A DNA stretch of 64,000 nt, taken from the IMG/VR virus record IMGVR_UViG_3300029305_003178, positions 163,230 through 227,229 of that record. One strand, 5' to 3'. Of the stretch, positions 1 to 8,485 are shown in pieces. The position numbers and the translations under genes were made by a program. This DNA is from a virus (lineage: Duplodnaviria; Caudoviricetes). The notes beneath the pieces are model-generated. The model was not told the origin of the DNA and made no database searches. It saw only the letters and a program-made list of their open reading frames with translations. Numbering within the stretch: position 1 is the stretch's first letter; each line of letters begins with the position of its first letter.

Positions 1-192
1 ATATTTTGTAGGAGTTAATCTTAATCCGAAATATAAAATAGGAAAATAATCTGTATCAAATGCTTTCTCTATAGCAAATCCTTCGATTTCAGCAGTTGGA
101 ATTTGTATTGGATCTTCTTCTGGAATAAGTAAATCCATAGTAACCACTCTATATCTATATATAGTGGATTCAGTTGACAATAAATTTGCCAT
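1..192 (-). CDS. Partial ORF running off the left edge (MANLLSTESTIYRYRVVTMDLLIPEEDPIQIP...), probably a late/virion protein
   Basis: ATG at 192 with GAGGTGG RBS, frame open to the window edge, AACA-N6-TA motif upstream at 216-227 (-). Confidence 0.65.
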   Translation of the reverse strand, partial: MANLLSTESTIYRYRVVTMDLLIPEEDPIQIPTAEIEGFAIEKAFDTDYFPILYFGLRLTPTKY

Positions 193-336
193 ATTACCAC
201 CTCTCAATCTAATATTAATTATCTGTTTAAAACGTCAATATTTACCATATTTTAAAAATCCGTATTTTAGAGTTATTTAAGTATATATTATTATCGTGAT
301 AATATAAAATAATAACCATTTTAAGGAGGATTTATT

Positions 337-489
337 ATGGAAAACATTTTTGACACACTGCCCACATTGGATACACTGAACATCTCTAACGCAATGACTC
401 CTAGTGAGGATGTTGCATTTGGAATTATCGGCGCTGGTGCCCTGATTGCTGGAGCAATTGTTACAGCTTCCATCATCGCTGGTAAATAA
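337..489 (+). CDS. 50-aa single-pass membrane protein MENIFDTLPTLDTLNISNAMTPSEDVAFGIIGAGALIAGAIVTASIIAGK (absent from the ORF track)
   Basis: AAGGAGG RBS, TATATATTAT motif at 282, terminator hairpin at 497-533, Gly/Ala-rich hydrophobic C-terminal helix. Confidence 0.8.
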   Translation: MENIFDTLPTLDTLNISNAMTPSEDVAFGIIGAGALIAGAIVTASIIAGK

Positions 490-496
490 TTTAAAG

Positions 497-533
497 AAAG
501 AATCCCTCCCCCTCTGTAGGGATTCTTTTTTTT
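497..533 (+). terminator. Intrinsic terminator
   Basis: aaagaatccct...agggattcttt followed by a T-tract. Confidence 0.75.
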
Positions 534-572
534 CATAAAAAAAAATGAGTATGGTAAAAACCATACTCATTA

Positions 573-1646
573 TTAGAATTCTATTTTTTTCTTTTCTTTG
601 ATTGGAAGAGATGTTATCTCTACCAAGTATAAAGGATATTTTATGAAATATGTATCATTTAATATTTTAAGAGATTCATTATCAAACTTATCGACTATTT
701 GACTATTAATATAAAATAAATCTTTTTCATTGAGTTGATTATATTGGTAATCTACACTACAACAAGAATAATTAGATTTAATAAATAGCTGATACTTTGG
801 ATCTATTATATCTACATACATTGATATACTCTTTGTATTTTCAGTTATCATATTTTCTTCAATAGCTTTAGTTAATAATTTTAATGTCTTTGCAATACCT
901 ACACCTTTAATATTTTCTATGTTCCGATTTTGATCCCCGACCATCGATAATATAAATGGTAATGCATGATGACTAACATTAACATCAGATTTTATATTAT
1001 TTGCATCTATGATATGAGTCATAATATTATCCTTTGTTAATATTTTAGAATTATCTCCTTTTGGATATATGATATTTGTATTTTTAGACACATATTGAAA
1101 ATCATAAAACATCGTTGTTACTATGTAATTTTGTTTATTGGAATTACTCATTATTATTTTTGGTATAACAGAAGATTCTATCTCTCCTGCTTGAATTATA
1201 TGAACTCCTTCTATATATTCAAATATAATCTTTAAGAATTTCATAGATTCATTAATAACATATTCCAATGCGTGCTTATTTGTGTTTAATGCTATTTTAT
1301 AGTCATACACACTTCTATAATTTTTTATAATACTTTTATTTTTATATTCGGATTTAAAAGGATACTGTAAGTACAGGTATATATTAGATTTAACACCATT
1401 TTTTGTAAAATATAATCTGTAGTGTGCGGCAATGTTTACCACATTAGAAATAAATCTGAATATACTATCAGAACTATCAACGCTTAACTCATTGACTGAT
1501 TTCTCATTAGTCATTCTTAAAATAATATTTTCAAGATTAATAAAAACATTAACGTCGTCCTTTAATGTAATATCATTTACTGAAAATAGTGTATCTAAGA
1601 TAGTATACTTAACTTTATTCATATTGAAATAGATATCCATTATCAA
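573..1646 (-). CDS. 5'-3' exonuclease/FEN (T4 RNase H-like) family protein
   Basis: H3TH-like motif LSMVGDQNRNIENIKGVGIAKTLKLL; PIN-like N-terminus. Confidence 0.7.
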   Translation of the reverse strand: MIMDIYFNMNKVKYTILDTLFSVNDITLKDDVNVFINLENIILRMTNEKSVNELSVDSSDSIFRFISNVVNIAAHYRLYFTKNGVKSNIYLYLQYPFKSEYKNKSIIKNYRSVYDYKIALNTNKHALEYVINESMKFLKIIFEYIEGVHIIQAGEIESSVIPKIIMSNSNKQNYIVTTMFYDFQYVSKNTNIIYPKGDNSKILTKDNIMTHIIDANNIKSDVNVSHHALPFILSMVGDQNRNIENIKGVGIAKTLKLLTKAIEENMITENTKSISMYVDIIDPKYQLFIKSNYSCCSVDYQYNQLNEKDLFYINSQIVDKFDNESLKILNDTYFIKYPLYLVEITSLPIKEKKKIEF

Positions 1647-2024
1647 TCACGCCCTAAATTCTATATCGATGATATATTTATATTCATCATCGTCTTCATC
1701 ATTATCCTCAATGGGTGTAAACAAAGATTTTCTTCGTTTTACTGCTTCTTCCAATTCATCTAAAGAACCAAAGTCATTTTGTAAGAGAATATCAACCATA
1801 TTATCGACTTCTTCATTACTTAATGAAATACCTTTACCCATTCGTTTGTTACCCAAGTTACATTTTCTAATATCTACAGTTGATGGATTATCATACCAAG
1901 ATACTCTTAGTAATGCGGTAATCCAATCGTGTTTATCACTCTCTTTTAATGTCCCATAGATGTGATCAATATTATAAACGATCTCACCAGGTTCATATTT
2001 ACCTTTTTTAGCCATACTTATCAC
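1647..2024 (-). CDS. PC4/YdbC-family ssDNA-binding protein
   Basis: WITALLRVSWYDNPSTVDIRK...MGKGISLSNEE matches the YdbC/PC4 pattern; acidic C-terminal tail. Confidence 0.8.
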   Translation of the reverse strand: MISMAKKGKYEPGEIVYNIDHIYGTLKESDKHDWITALLRVSWYDNPSTVDIRKCNLGNKRMGKGISLSNEEVDNMVDILLQNDFGSLDELEEAVKRRKSLFTPIEDNDEDDDEYKYIIDIEFRA

Positions 2025-2032
2025 CCTATTAT

Positions 2033-2395
2033 TTAAACTTTATAAATATCATCCTCATTAAGATTATTATTATAAACTGTTTTTATGAATGCTTCATAAT
2101 TTGGTTCATATGTGGATGGTGTCCATTTATAGAATTTGTAACCATCAACATATGTATTTTCAGAATGATATAATGATCCTTCAGATAATTTTTTAGTAAG
2201 TTGATCATATATTAAACCAAATGATGTATTTGTTATTAGTCCAATACGTATTGCAACTTCTCGCAAACTTTGGTTCAAATCATCATTAATATGCATCAGA
2301 ATCATTACATCGGATACAGGATCTTCTCTTAATTTTCTTTTACTAAGTTTTCTTACATAACTTGTTATGTCAGATTGTCTGTATAAATGTATCAA
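2033..2395 (-). CDS. Hypothetical protein, paralog of 37891-38310
   Basis: Shared NQS(L/I)REVAIR and W.P...EPN(Y/F)..FIK motifs. Confidence 0.7.
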   Translation of the reverse strand: MIHLYRQSDITSYVRKLSKRKLREDPVSDVMILMHINDDLNQSLREVAIRIGLITNTSFGLIYDQLTKKLSEGSLYHSENTYVDGYKFYKWTPSTYEPNYEAFIKTVYNNNLNEDDIYKV

Positions 2396-2508
2396 GTGAA
2401 TTCACCACCTAATAAAAAAAATTTAATAATATGGATGATGAGAAATACATTCTCATCATCCATACTACCCTAGTATTTATTGTGTATCGAGGGGAATTTT
2501 ATAAATAA

Positions 2509-3120
2509 TTATCTACGGCTACTGATTTCATATGCCATAGATTCAAATTTATCTCTACCGGGTGTTGTATTAGTGTTATATTCTCTATATGCTTTAGCAG
2601 CTCTTACTGTACCATTGCTCTTACCAAATCTTCTAGCAGAGATTACATATACAGCATGTTCTGCAGGAATTACACCCAGCATCAGAGCAATTACTCTCAG
2701 TGGATCAAGTGTGATGTAGTATGCATTTTTATATTTAACCATTTTAATTTCATCTCTATCATCATTTTTATCTCTTTTAGAGATGCACATAGGTGCCAGA
2801 ATTTCTTTAAATTCATTGGAAATTACTGTAGGCATATCCAGTTTGTTTTTCAGTACAGGCAGGATATTATTTGCTACAGATGTAGAGATCATATTAGAAT
2901 TAGGATCCATAAATACATAAATCTGAATATCGATATTTGTGGAACCTTCTCTAATAATCTGTGCTACTACTCTAGAAACGCCATCTACATTTCTAGATTT
3001 CAGATATTTTTCTACATAGTCTTCGATTTCATTCAGTGTAAAATCAAAGAACAGACCACTGGGTTCTTTTTCAACAGTGGTTCTCATAAGTTTTGCAGTG
3101 TTTGTTGTAACTTCTTTCAT
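2509..3120 (-). CDS. Hypothetical protein (early gene)
   Basis: 203-aa ORF, AGGAGG RBS, TATATATTAT motif at 3251-3263 (-). Confidence 0.75.
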   Translation of the reverse strand: MKEVTTNTAKLMRTTVEKEPSGLFFDFTLNEIEDYVEKYLKSRNVDGVSRVVAQIIREGSTNIDIQIYVFMDPNSNMISTSVANNILPVLKNKLDMPTVISNEFKEILAPMCISKRDKNDDRDEIKMVKYKNAYYITLDPLRVIALMLGVIPAEHAVYVISARRFGKSNGTVRAAKAYREYNTNTTPGRDKFESMAYEISSRR

Positions 3121-3281
3121 GCTAAAAACCTCCTAAAATAAATTAAATTTTTATAATTTTGTTTAACGCCTCATAATATACTACAACAAGTATATCATTT
3201 ATAAAATAGTTTTATTATATATGAAATATAATTCAACCACTTTCGCATATATAATATATATTTATAATTCAAATTGAATTA

Positions 3282-4031
3282 TTACATACTTTTTGTTTCA
3301 TATGCTGAATCTATTCTACTCATAAGATTCATAACATTACTAGACCACCCAGCACTATTTGGTGGGCAATATATTGTAGATATTTCATTAACTGTTGTTA
3401 AACCATTATCAATATACTTATTAAACATTATTTCTCCAAAATGGTTTACACAATCAGATTTAGTGTCATACGAATATGCATTCTCATATGCAGTTAATGT
3501 AGATGTTGGATAGGCGTGTAATCCACCTATATTATTCTTATTAGTAGATAATCCTGACTTACCATATCCAGATTCAAGACAGAATACTGCTAACTGGAAT
3601 GATGGTTTAATTCCATGTTTATGGTAATTGTTAAGAATTGCTTTGGATATACCAGATAATTCCGGAGAAATCTCAGAAATAACTTCTTCGAAAATCATAT
3701 GATCTATGTACTCAGTACCTATAATACTATTGTGTGGAAATGACATACTAGCAGCTTCGATAGGTTCTTCATCAGGCTTATCAACAGGTTCTGGTTCTGT
3801 TTCTATATCATCAAAAGGCTCTTCAGCCTCATCATCTTCCTCTTCATAAATATCTATTCCTAAAACAGCTTTAGTGTTATTATAAATATATTCATCATAA
3901 TTATAATCCAATATACCAACTACTGGTTCAGTTTTTTCACAGCTAGCTAGTCCAAATCCAATAATAGTAAGTATTAAAATAATAATAAATCTTGCTACCG
4001 CTTTAATAATTGTGTTATTCATAGTAATCAT
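3282..4031 (-). CDS. Membrane-anchored/lipoprotein GH73 glucosaminidase-family peptidoglycan hydrolase
   Basis: Hydrophobic signal ending in a lipobox-like LASC; AVFCLESGYGKS...NNIGGL and YCPP motifs. Confidence 0.75.
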   Translation of the reverse strand: MITMNNTIIKAVARFIIILILTIIGFGLASCEKTEPVVGILDYNYDEYIYNNTKAVLGIDIYEEEDDEAEEPFDDIETEPEPVDKPDEEPIEAASMSFPHNSIIGTEYIDHMIFEEVISEISPELSGISKAILNNYHKHGIKPSFQLAVFCLESGYGKSGLSTNKNNIGGLHAYPTSTLTAYENAYSYDTKSDCVNHFGEIMFNKYIDNGLTTVNEISTIYCPPNSAGWSSNVMNLMSRIDSAYETKSM

Positions 4032-4101
4032 CCTTTCACATTAAAATACTTTAAAATTACGGATTAGCTCTCGATTGAACTAATCCGCATTGTAATAAGT
4101 A

Positions 4102-5724
4102 TTATACTAATATAGTTTTCAGTAATTGTTTTACTCCCACTATAGTAGATTTTGGAATATCGATAATTTTTTTATCAAATTTATTTTTAACATAGTAATC
4201 AGTAAAGTCAAAATCTTTTTCTACTGATTGTAATTTTTTGAGATATGTCTTAAAATCATTCATGGCGAAGGCCCTTGCTTTAATAACCTCAGGATCCTTT
4301 TCCTTAAACCTCTTATCTCTTTCAATCACTCCTATTAATGTAAATGCAAATGCGAGATTAGTCTTCACTCCTTCATAGTTTTTATTTTTCCAATTTTCTA
4401 CAAGAAGTTTATGATTTTGACTATATTCGTCCATATATGATTGTTTCGGAGAGATTGAAATTTTAACATTACCATCCTCATCTACAGAAAATCCTTCTTT
4501 AATAGATCTAATAGTATCTGTTAATAAATTATTTGTAATACTCTTAGCGTTAAATGTAATAGTTTTAATATCAAACTTAGTATCAGATAAAATACCAGAG
4601 AAATAATCTTCCAATGATTCATCTATTTTAACAAGTTTGACATTACTTTCTGTAACACCAAGTAAATATGTAGAACCATCTTTTCTATCGGTTGCAATAT
4701 AAACGGATTGTCCATTTATATCATTTGCTTCTCTAACACTTTCTATAGAATTAATATTCTCAAATTTAAAAATATCTGTTTTATTTAAATTTGTGAAATT
4801 AATATTATTTTTATTTGTCCATGATTCTAATCTAGACAAATCTATTACAGGTACACCTCCATTTCTATTGTTATGTGTATCTATAATATATATTTCATTT
4901 TCAATTCGATCTTTTGCTGTTTGTTTTGTATATTCCATAAAAGATTCTAATTTATATTTATCAGCAACTTTTAAATATGATTCTAAAGTATTAGTAGCTA
5001 TATGTCTATCCATAATATAATCAGGTCTATTTGATTTATATTTTCTATTAATAGTGCTTTCTAATAAGCTATCATGGTTAAGCTCTTCTAATATTTTAGA
5101 ACCTTCAAAAGAATCATAAGATTCTACTATGGAATCTGTAAATGCTAATAATATATCAAATTCATATGATGACTCATTTAAAGTATTATTTTCATAATCT
5201 TTATAATATCCATATGATCTAATTTGTGCATCGGTAATATTATTAATATAGTCTATAGCCATATCACGTTCAGCACAATCACATTTAAGCAATTGCTGTA
5301 TTGCTTTATGACATTCCATCTGAAGTTTATTGATTGGATCAACATTATCAAAATTCTTATCTATAAATACTATCTTTCTAACATTTCTAACATTTTCACT
5401 AATAACAGATCTACATTCAGGGCAATATATAGATAAATCCGTACGAATAATAGATTCCTTAACTGTAGACTTATTAACGTATTTATAGAATGGGTTATCT
5501 TCAGATACATTAACAGTCATATCAAATTCTTTTATTTTTTTATTTATATTATTTGCCAATTCAGCTCTATCTTTTTGAGGACAGAACTTAAAAAACTGAA
5601 TGGCTTTTCTAACATGCTCTTCATCATTTAAAGGATATTTTTTCTGTGATGGTAAACCAAATTTTACATCACTCATATTTCTACGATCCTTGGCAGAAAG
5701 TTTCTTTTCAAATATAATATCCAT
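4102..5724 (-). CDS. Probable internal head/virion protein
   Basis: N-terminal LSAKDRRNMSDVKFGLPSQKKYPLNDEEHVRKAIQFF module typical of phage head proteins; many x-x-E-S motifs; AACA-N6-TA at 5755-5766 (-). Confidence 0.55.
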   Translation of the reverse strand: MDIIFEKKLSAKDRRNMSDVKFGLPSQKKYPLNDEEHVRKAIQFFKFCPQKDRAELANNINKKIKEFDMTVNVSEDNPFYKYVNKSTVKESIIRTDLSIYCPECRSVISENVRNVRKIVFIDKNFDNVDPINKLQMECHKAIQQLLKCDCAERDMAIDYINNITDAQIRSYGYYKDYENNTLNESSYEFDILLAFTDSIVESYDSFEGSKILEELNHDSLLESTINRKYKSNRPDYIMDRHIATNTLESYLKVADKYKLESFMEYTKQTAKDRIENEIYIIDTHNNRNGGVPVIDLSRLESWTNKNNINFTNLNKTDIFKFENINSIESVREANDINGQSVYIATDRKDGSTYLLGVTESNVKLVKIDESLEDYFSGILSDTKFDIKTITFNAKSITNNLLTDTIRSIKEGFSVDEDGNVKISISPKQSYMDEYSQNHKLLVENWKNKNYEGVKTNLAFAFTLIGVIERDKRFKEKDPEVIKARAFAMNDFKTYLKKLQSVEKDFDFTDYYVKNKFDKKIIDIPKSTIVGVKQLLKTILV

Positions 5725-5823
5725 TAACCTTCACACCTTTCTATACTTATTGATTACCTAAATGTTGAATATAGGATTTAATATAAAAAGTATTAATAAC
5801 TAATTTTACACAAACAACTATTT

Positions 5824-6041
5824 AAGAAAATTAATACCTAATATTGGATATTACGGAAATACTTCTTTCAGCATTGCGCGCCTCAATAGCTATTTATTAT
5901 GTTGATTTTCATACTAAATGCCAACAACCTGTAGCTGAATTCTACACCTCCAATAATTTACAGTTGATATAAAATATCCAGTGTGGACATATTAGGTATT
6001 TTTTCTTATATAATCCCTATGCCTATTTTGGCATAGGGATT
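5824..6041 (+). ncRNA. Candidate structured small RNA (~185-nt rod plus terminator)
   Basis: AACA-N6-TA at 5813-5824; 5824-5852 pairs with 5973-6007; no ORF; terminator at 6012-6043. Confidence 0.45.
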
Positions 6042-6050
6042 TTCGTTTTT
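6012..6050 (+). terminator. Intrinsic terminator
   Basis: aatccctatgcc-tatttt-ggcatagggatt followed by a T-rich tail. Confidence 0.75.
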
Positions 6051-6126
6051 TAAATATTTTTCAATTATATATTATTATTGTGTAATTAACATATAATATA
6101 TCTTAACATCAAGGAGGGAAATTACA

Positions 6127-7359
6127 ATGAGTAGAAGACGTGATGAAATTATTAACAAGATCGATAGACGTAAAAGACTACGTTATATCAAGTATGCTGA
6201 CGGGTATGAAGTATTGATTAAATATGACACTGAATTTAATAAACTTGAGTCTATTAATAGCAAAGGTCAGCTTCGTTTATTTCAAAATGATTATATACCC
6301 ACATTATCAATGGATGACCTTATCAAAGGTAGGGAACTGAATGGTAGACCTATTGATAATACTAAAGAAGAATGCAAATATGACCACAATGGTAATATCA
6401 TTTATTTCTCCAATGGTGAGGGGTTTTGGTATAAATCTATCTACGATGATAATAAAAATGAGATTATGTATGAAGATAGTAATGATAAATTAGTAATTCG
6501 CACATTCGATTCTAATAATAATTTAATTGAAGAGATTGCTGCATCTAGTAAAGATGTTAGTAAAATTTTTGATCTATATATTAGTAAATTAACAAATGCT
6601 ATCAATAAACTTCATCTCATGACTGATAATGTAGCAGATTATTTGATTAGTAAGTATGTCGATGAGGCAGATATTAAAAAAGAGATCGTTAGTGGCCGTA
6701 TGAGTATCGAAGATGTTATGAATACAAAATTCACCATTGAAGTTACAGAATATATCGGTGATATAAATAATAATAATGAATATGATAGAGCATTAAGAAA
6801 AATTACTGTTAATCACTCAAATATTGAAAAAGAGATTAAAAGTTTATATATTGAAGAAATCAATGAGGCAGTAAAAATTTATTGTAAAGCAAATCATGAA
6901 AATAGAAATAATATTAGTGATTTAGCTTGTTCAATTGAAATCGCATTAGCTTTAATTAATCGCGATTTGATTGACTATCTTATCGCACGTGGGTATTGCA
7001 AACAAAACTCCCATATTTATAAAAATTTGAATATTGATGAGGTATATAATTTTATAAGTCATAATGAAAATTTAGATACTGATTTCATGTATATGTCTAT
7101 TCTCAGAAATATGGTCGCATGTGCTATAAACTGGCACATTACCAACGACAATATCAATAATATCTATTCTAAACGTGGTGTCGTACAAACAATGCTACAC
7201 ACATTAAACTTCGCAGCATGTGAAATTCGTTCATTCACAATAGTGGATAAAGAGTTAAGAGAAAGATTTGAATCTGGTAACGATGATGTAGATACAGACA
7301 TGAATAATACGTCTATCAATTATCCATTCGACTACAATCCTTTTGATATAAACAAATAA
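6127..7359 (+). CDS. Hypothetical early protein with short YD-like repeats in the N-terminal third
   Basis: AAGGAGG RBS, early motif at 6066; KYDHNGNII / YDDNKNEI / FDSNNNLI repeats. Confidence 0.7.
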   Translation: MSRRRDEIINKIDRRKRLRYIKYADGYEVLIKYDTEFNKLESINSKGQLRLFQNDYIPTLSMDDLIKGRELNGRPIDNTKEECKYDHNGNIIYFSNGEGFWYKSIYDDNKNEIMYEDSNDKLVIRTFDSNNNLIEEIAASSKDVSKIFDLYISKLTNAINKLHLMTDNVADYLISKYVDEADIKKEIVSGRMSIEDVMNTKFTIEVTEYIGDINNNNEYDRALRKITVNHSNIEKEIKSLYIEEINEAVKIYCKANHENRNNISDLACSIEIALALINRDLIDYLIARGYCKQNSHIYKNLNIDEVYNFISHNENLDTDFMYMSILRNMVACAINWHITNDNINNIYSKRGVVQTMLHTLNFAACEIRSFTIVDKELRERFESGNDDVDTDMNNTSINYPFDYNPFDINK

Positions 7360-7367
7360 AAGTATAA

Positions 7368-7399
7368 GAAAAGATGCCTCATTGAGGCATCTTTTTTTT
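7368..7399 (+). terminator. Intrinsic terminator
   Basis: aaaagatgcctc-att-gaggcatctttt followed by a T-tract. Confidence 0.8.
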
Positions 7400-7454
7400 C
7401 TTATAATTTTATATAAGACAATATTATAAATTATAAGAAATGAGGTGAATTGTT

Positions 7455-8447
7455 TTGAAATCTGATGTAAATAGATTTGAACGAGGTCAAATCTGGGTAT
7501 ATGACGATCATAAAGACAAGAAAGATAAAAAAACATGTATGGCTGAAAAGGGTATTCTTATAGGACATAGACCAGTATTAATAATGTCTGTCCGAGATAA
7601 ATATATTACAGTCATTAAAGGTAGTCGTCGTAGAAAAATCGAAAAAGCACAGGTAGAATATAATGATGGTACAGGAATTGGTATTTTTGATACTCTCCAG
7701 ATGGAAGTATTAAATACTGAAACAGCTGATTTAACATATACGGCTAAAATTGAAAATTCCATACTTAAAGAAATCAATAATACAATTAATACTTGGCTAT
7801 TCGACTATATAGATGATTACACTTCTAGAGGAACTTCAACCTATTTAAAAAGACAAGTTTGGGAATTCAATGATAATGGATTTACAAAAACTGCAATTAT
7901 TGTACATAGATTCAAAAGATCTGTAATATTAATTCCATTATCTAAAAATCAACATTTAGAAACTGATTATAAATTTGAATTACATACGGATACGATATAT
8001 ACTGATATATCATCTATACGTACAGTATCGACAGATCAACTGCATAGATATTGCTTTACAATATCTGAGGAGATATATTCATCTATATTAAATGAAACCA
8101 ATGCTTATCTCCATGGTGAATCTAAACATATTCCATCTAAAGAACCAGAAAAACCAGTTCATAAAAAACGTGGTGGTAAAAAACATAGAGGTGGAGCGAA
8201 ACATAGACACAAAAAGAAAAATTTAAATCATATTGATATTCCAGAGGTTGATGTACCTAGTGTAGAAGTAGATGCAAAAAATATTAAAACTTACTGCCCA
8301 AAGGCATTTAAACATCTATCATTTAGTGATTTAGTAGATGAGTTTAAAACACACACATCAAAAGAATTAAGTACAAAATACAAAGTTTCTGGTTCAACGA
8401 TCCGTCGTACAAAAGCGTATATAAAAGAAATGAATGAGAGTAAATAA
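7455..8447 (+). CDS. Protein with two tandem PemK/MazF-like domains, a basic linker and a C-terminal HTH
   Basis: RGQIWVYD...GHRPVLIMS and KRQVWEF...TAIIV...VILIPLS...SIRTVSTDQL; C-terminal SKELSTKYKVSGSTIRR. Confidence 0.6.
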   Translation: MKSDVNRFERGQIWVYDDHKDKKDKKTCMAEKGILIGHRPVLIMSVRDKYITVIKGSRRRKIEKAQVEYNDGTGIGIFDTLQMEVLNTETADLTYTAKIENSILKEINNTINTWLFDYIDDYTSRGTSTYLKRQVWEFNDNGFTKTAIIVHRFKRSVILIPLSKNQHLETDYKFELHTDTIYTDISSIRTVSTDQLHRYCFTISEEIYSSILNETNAYLHGESKHIPSKEPEKPVHKKRGGKKHRGGAKHRHKKKNLNHIDIPEVDVPSVEVDAKNIKTYCPKAFKHLSFSDLVDEFKTHTSKELSTKYKVSGSTIRRTKAYIKEMNESK

Positions 8448-8485
8448 AAGAAAGGAATAGCCATTAGGCTATTCCTTATTTTTTT

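Noticed and set aside
277-570. Minus-strand ORFs 277-570 and 321-536
   Set aside because: They are antisense to the 337-489 gene, which has a promoter motif, RBS and terminator
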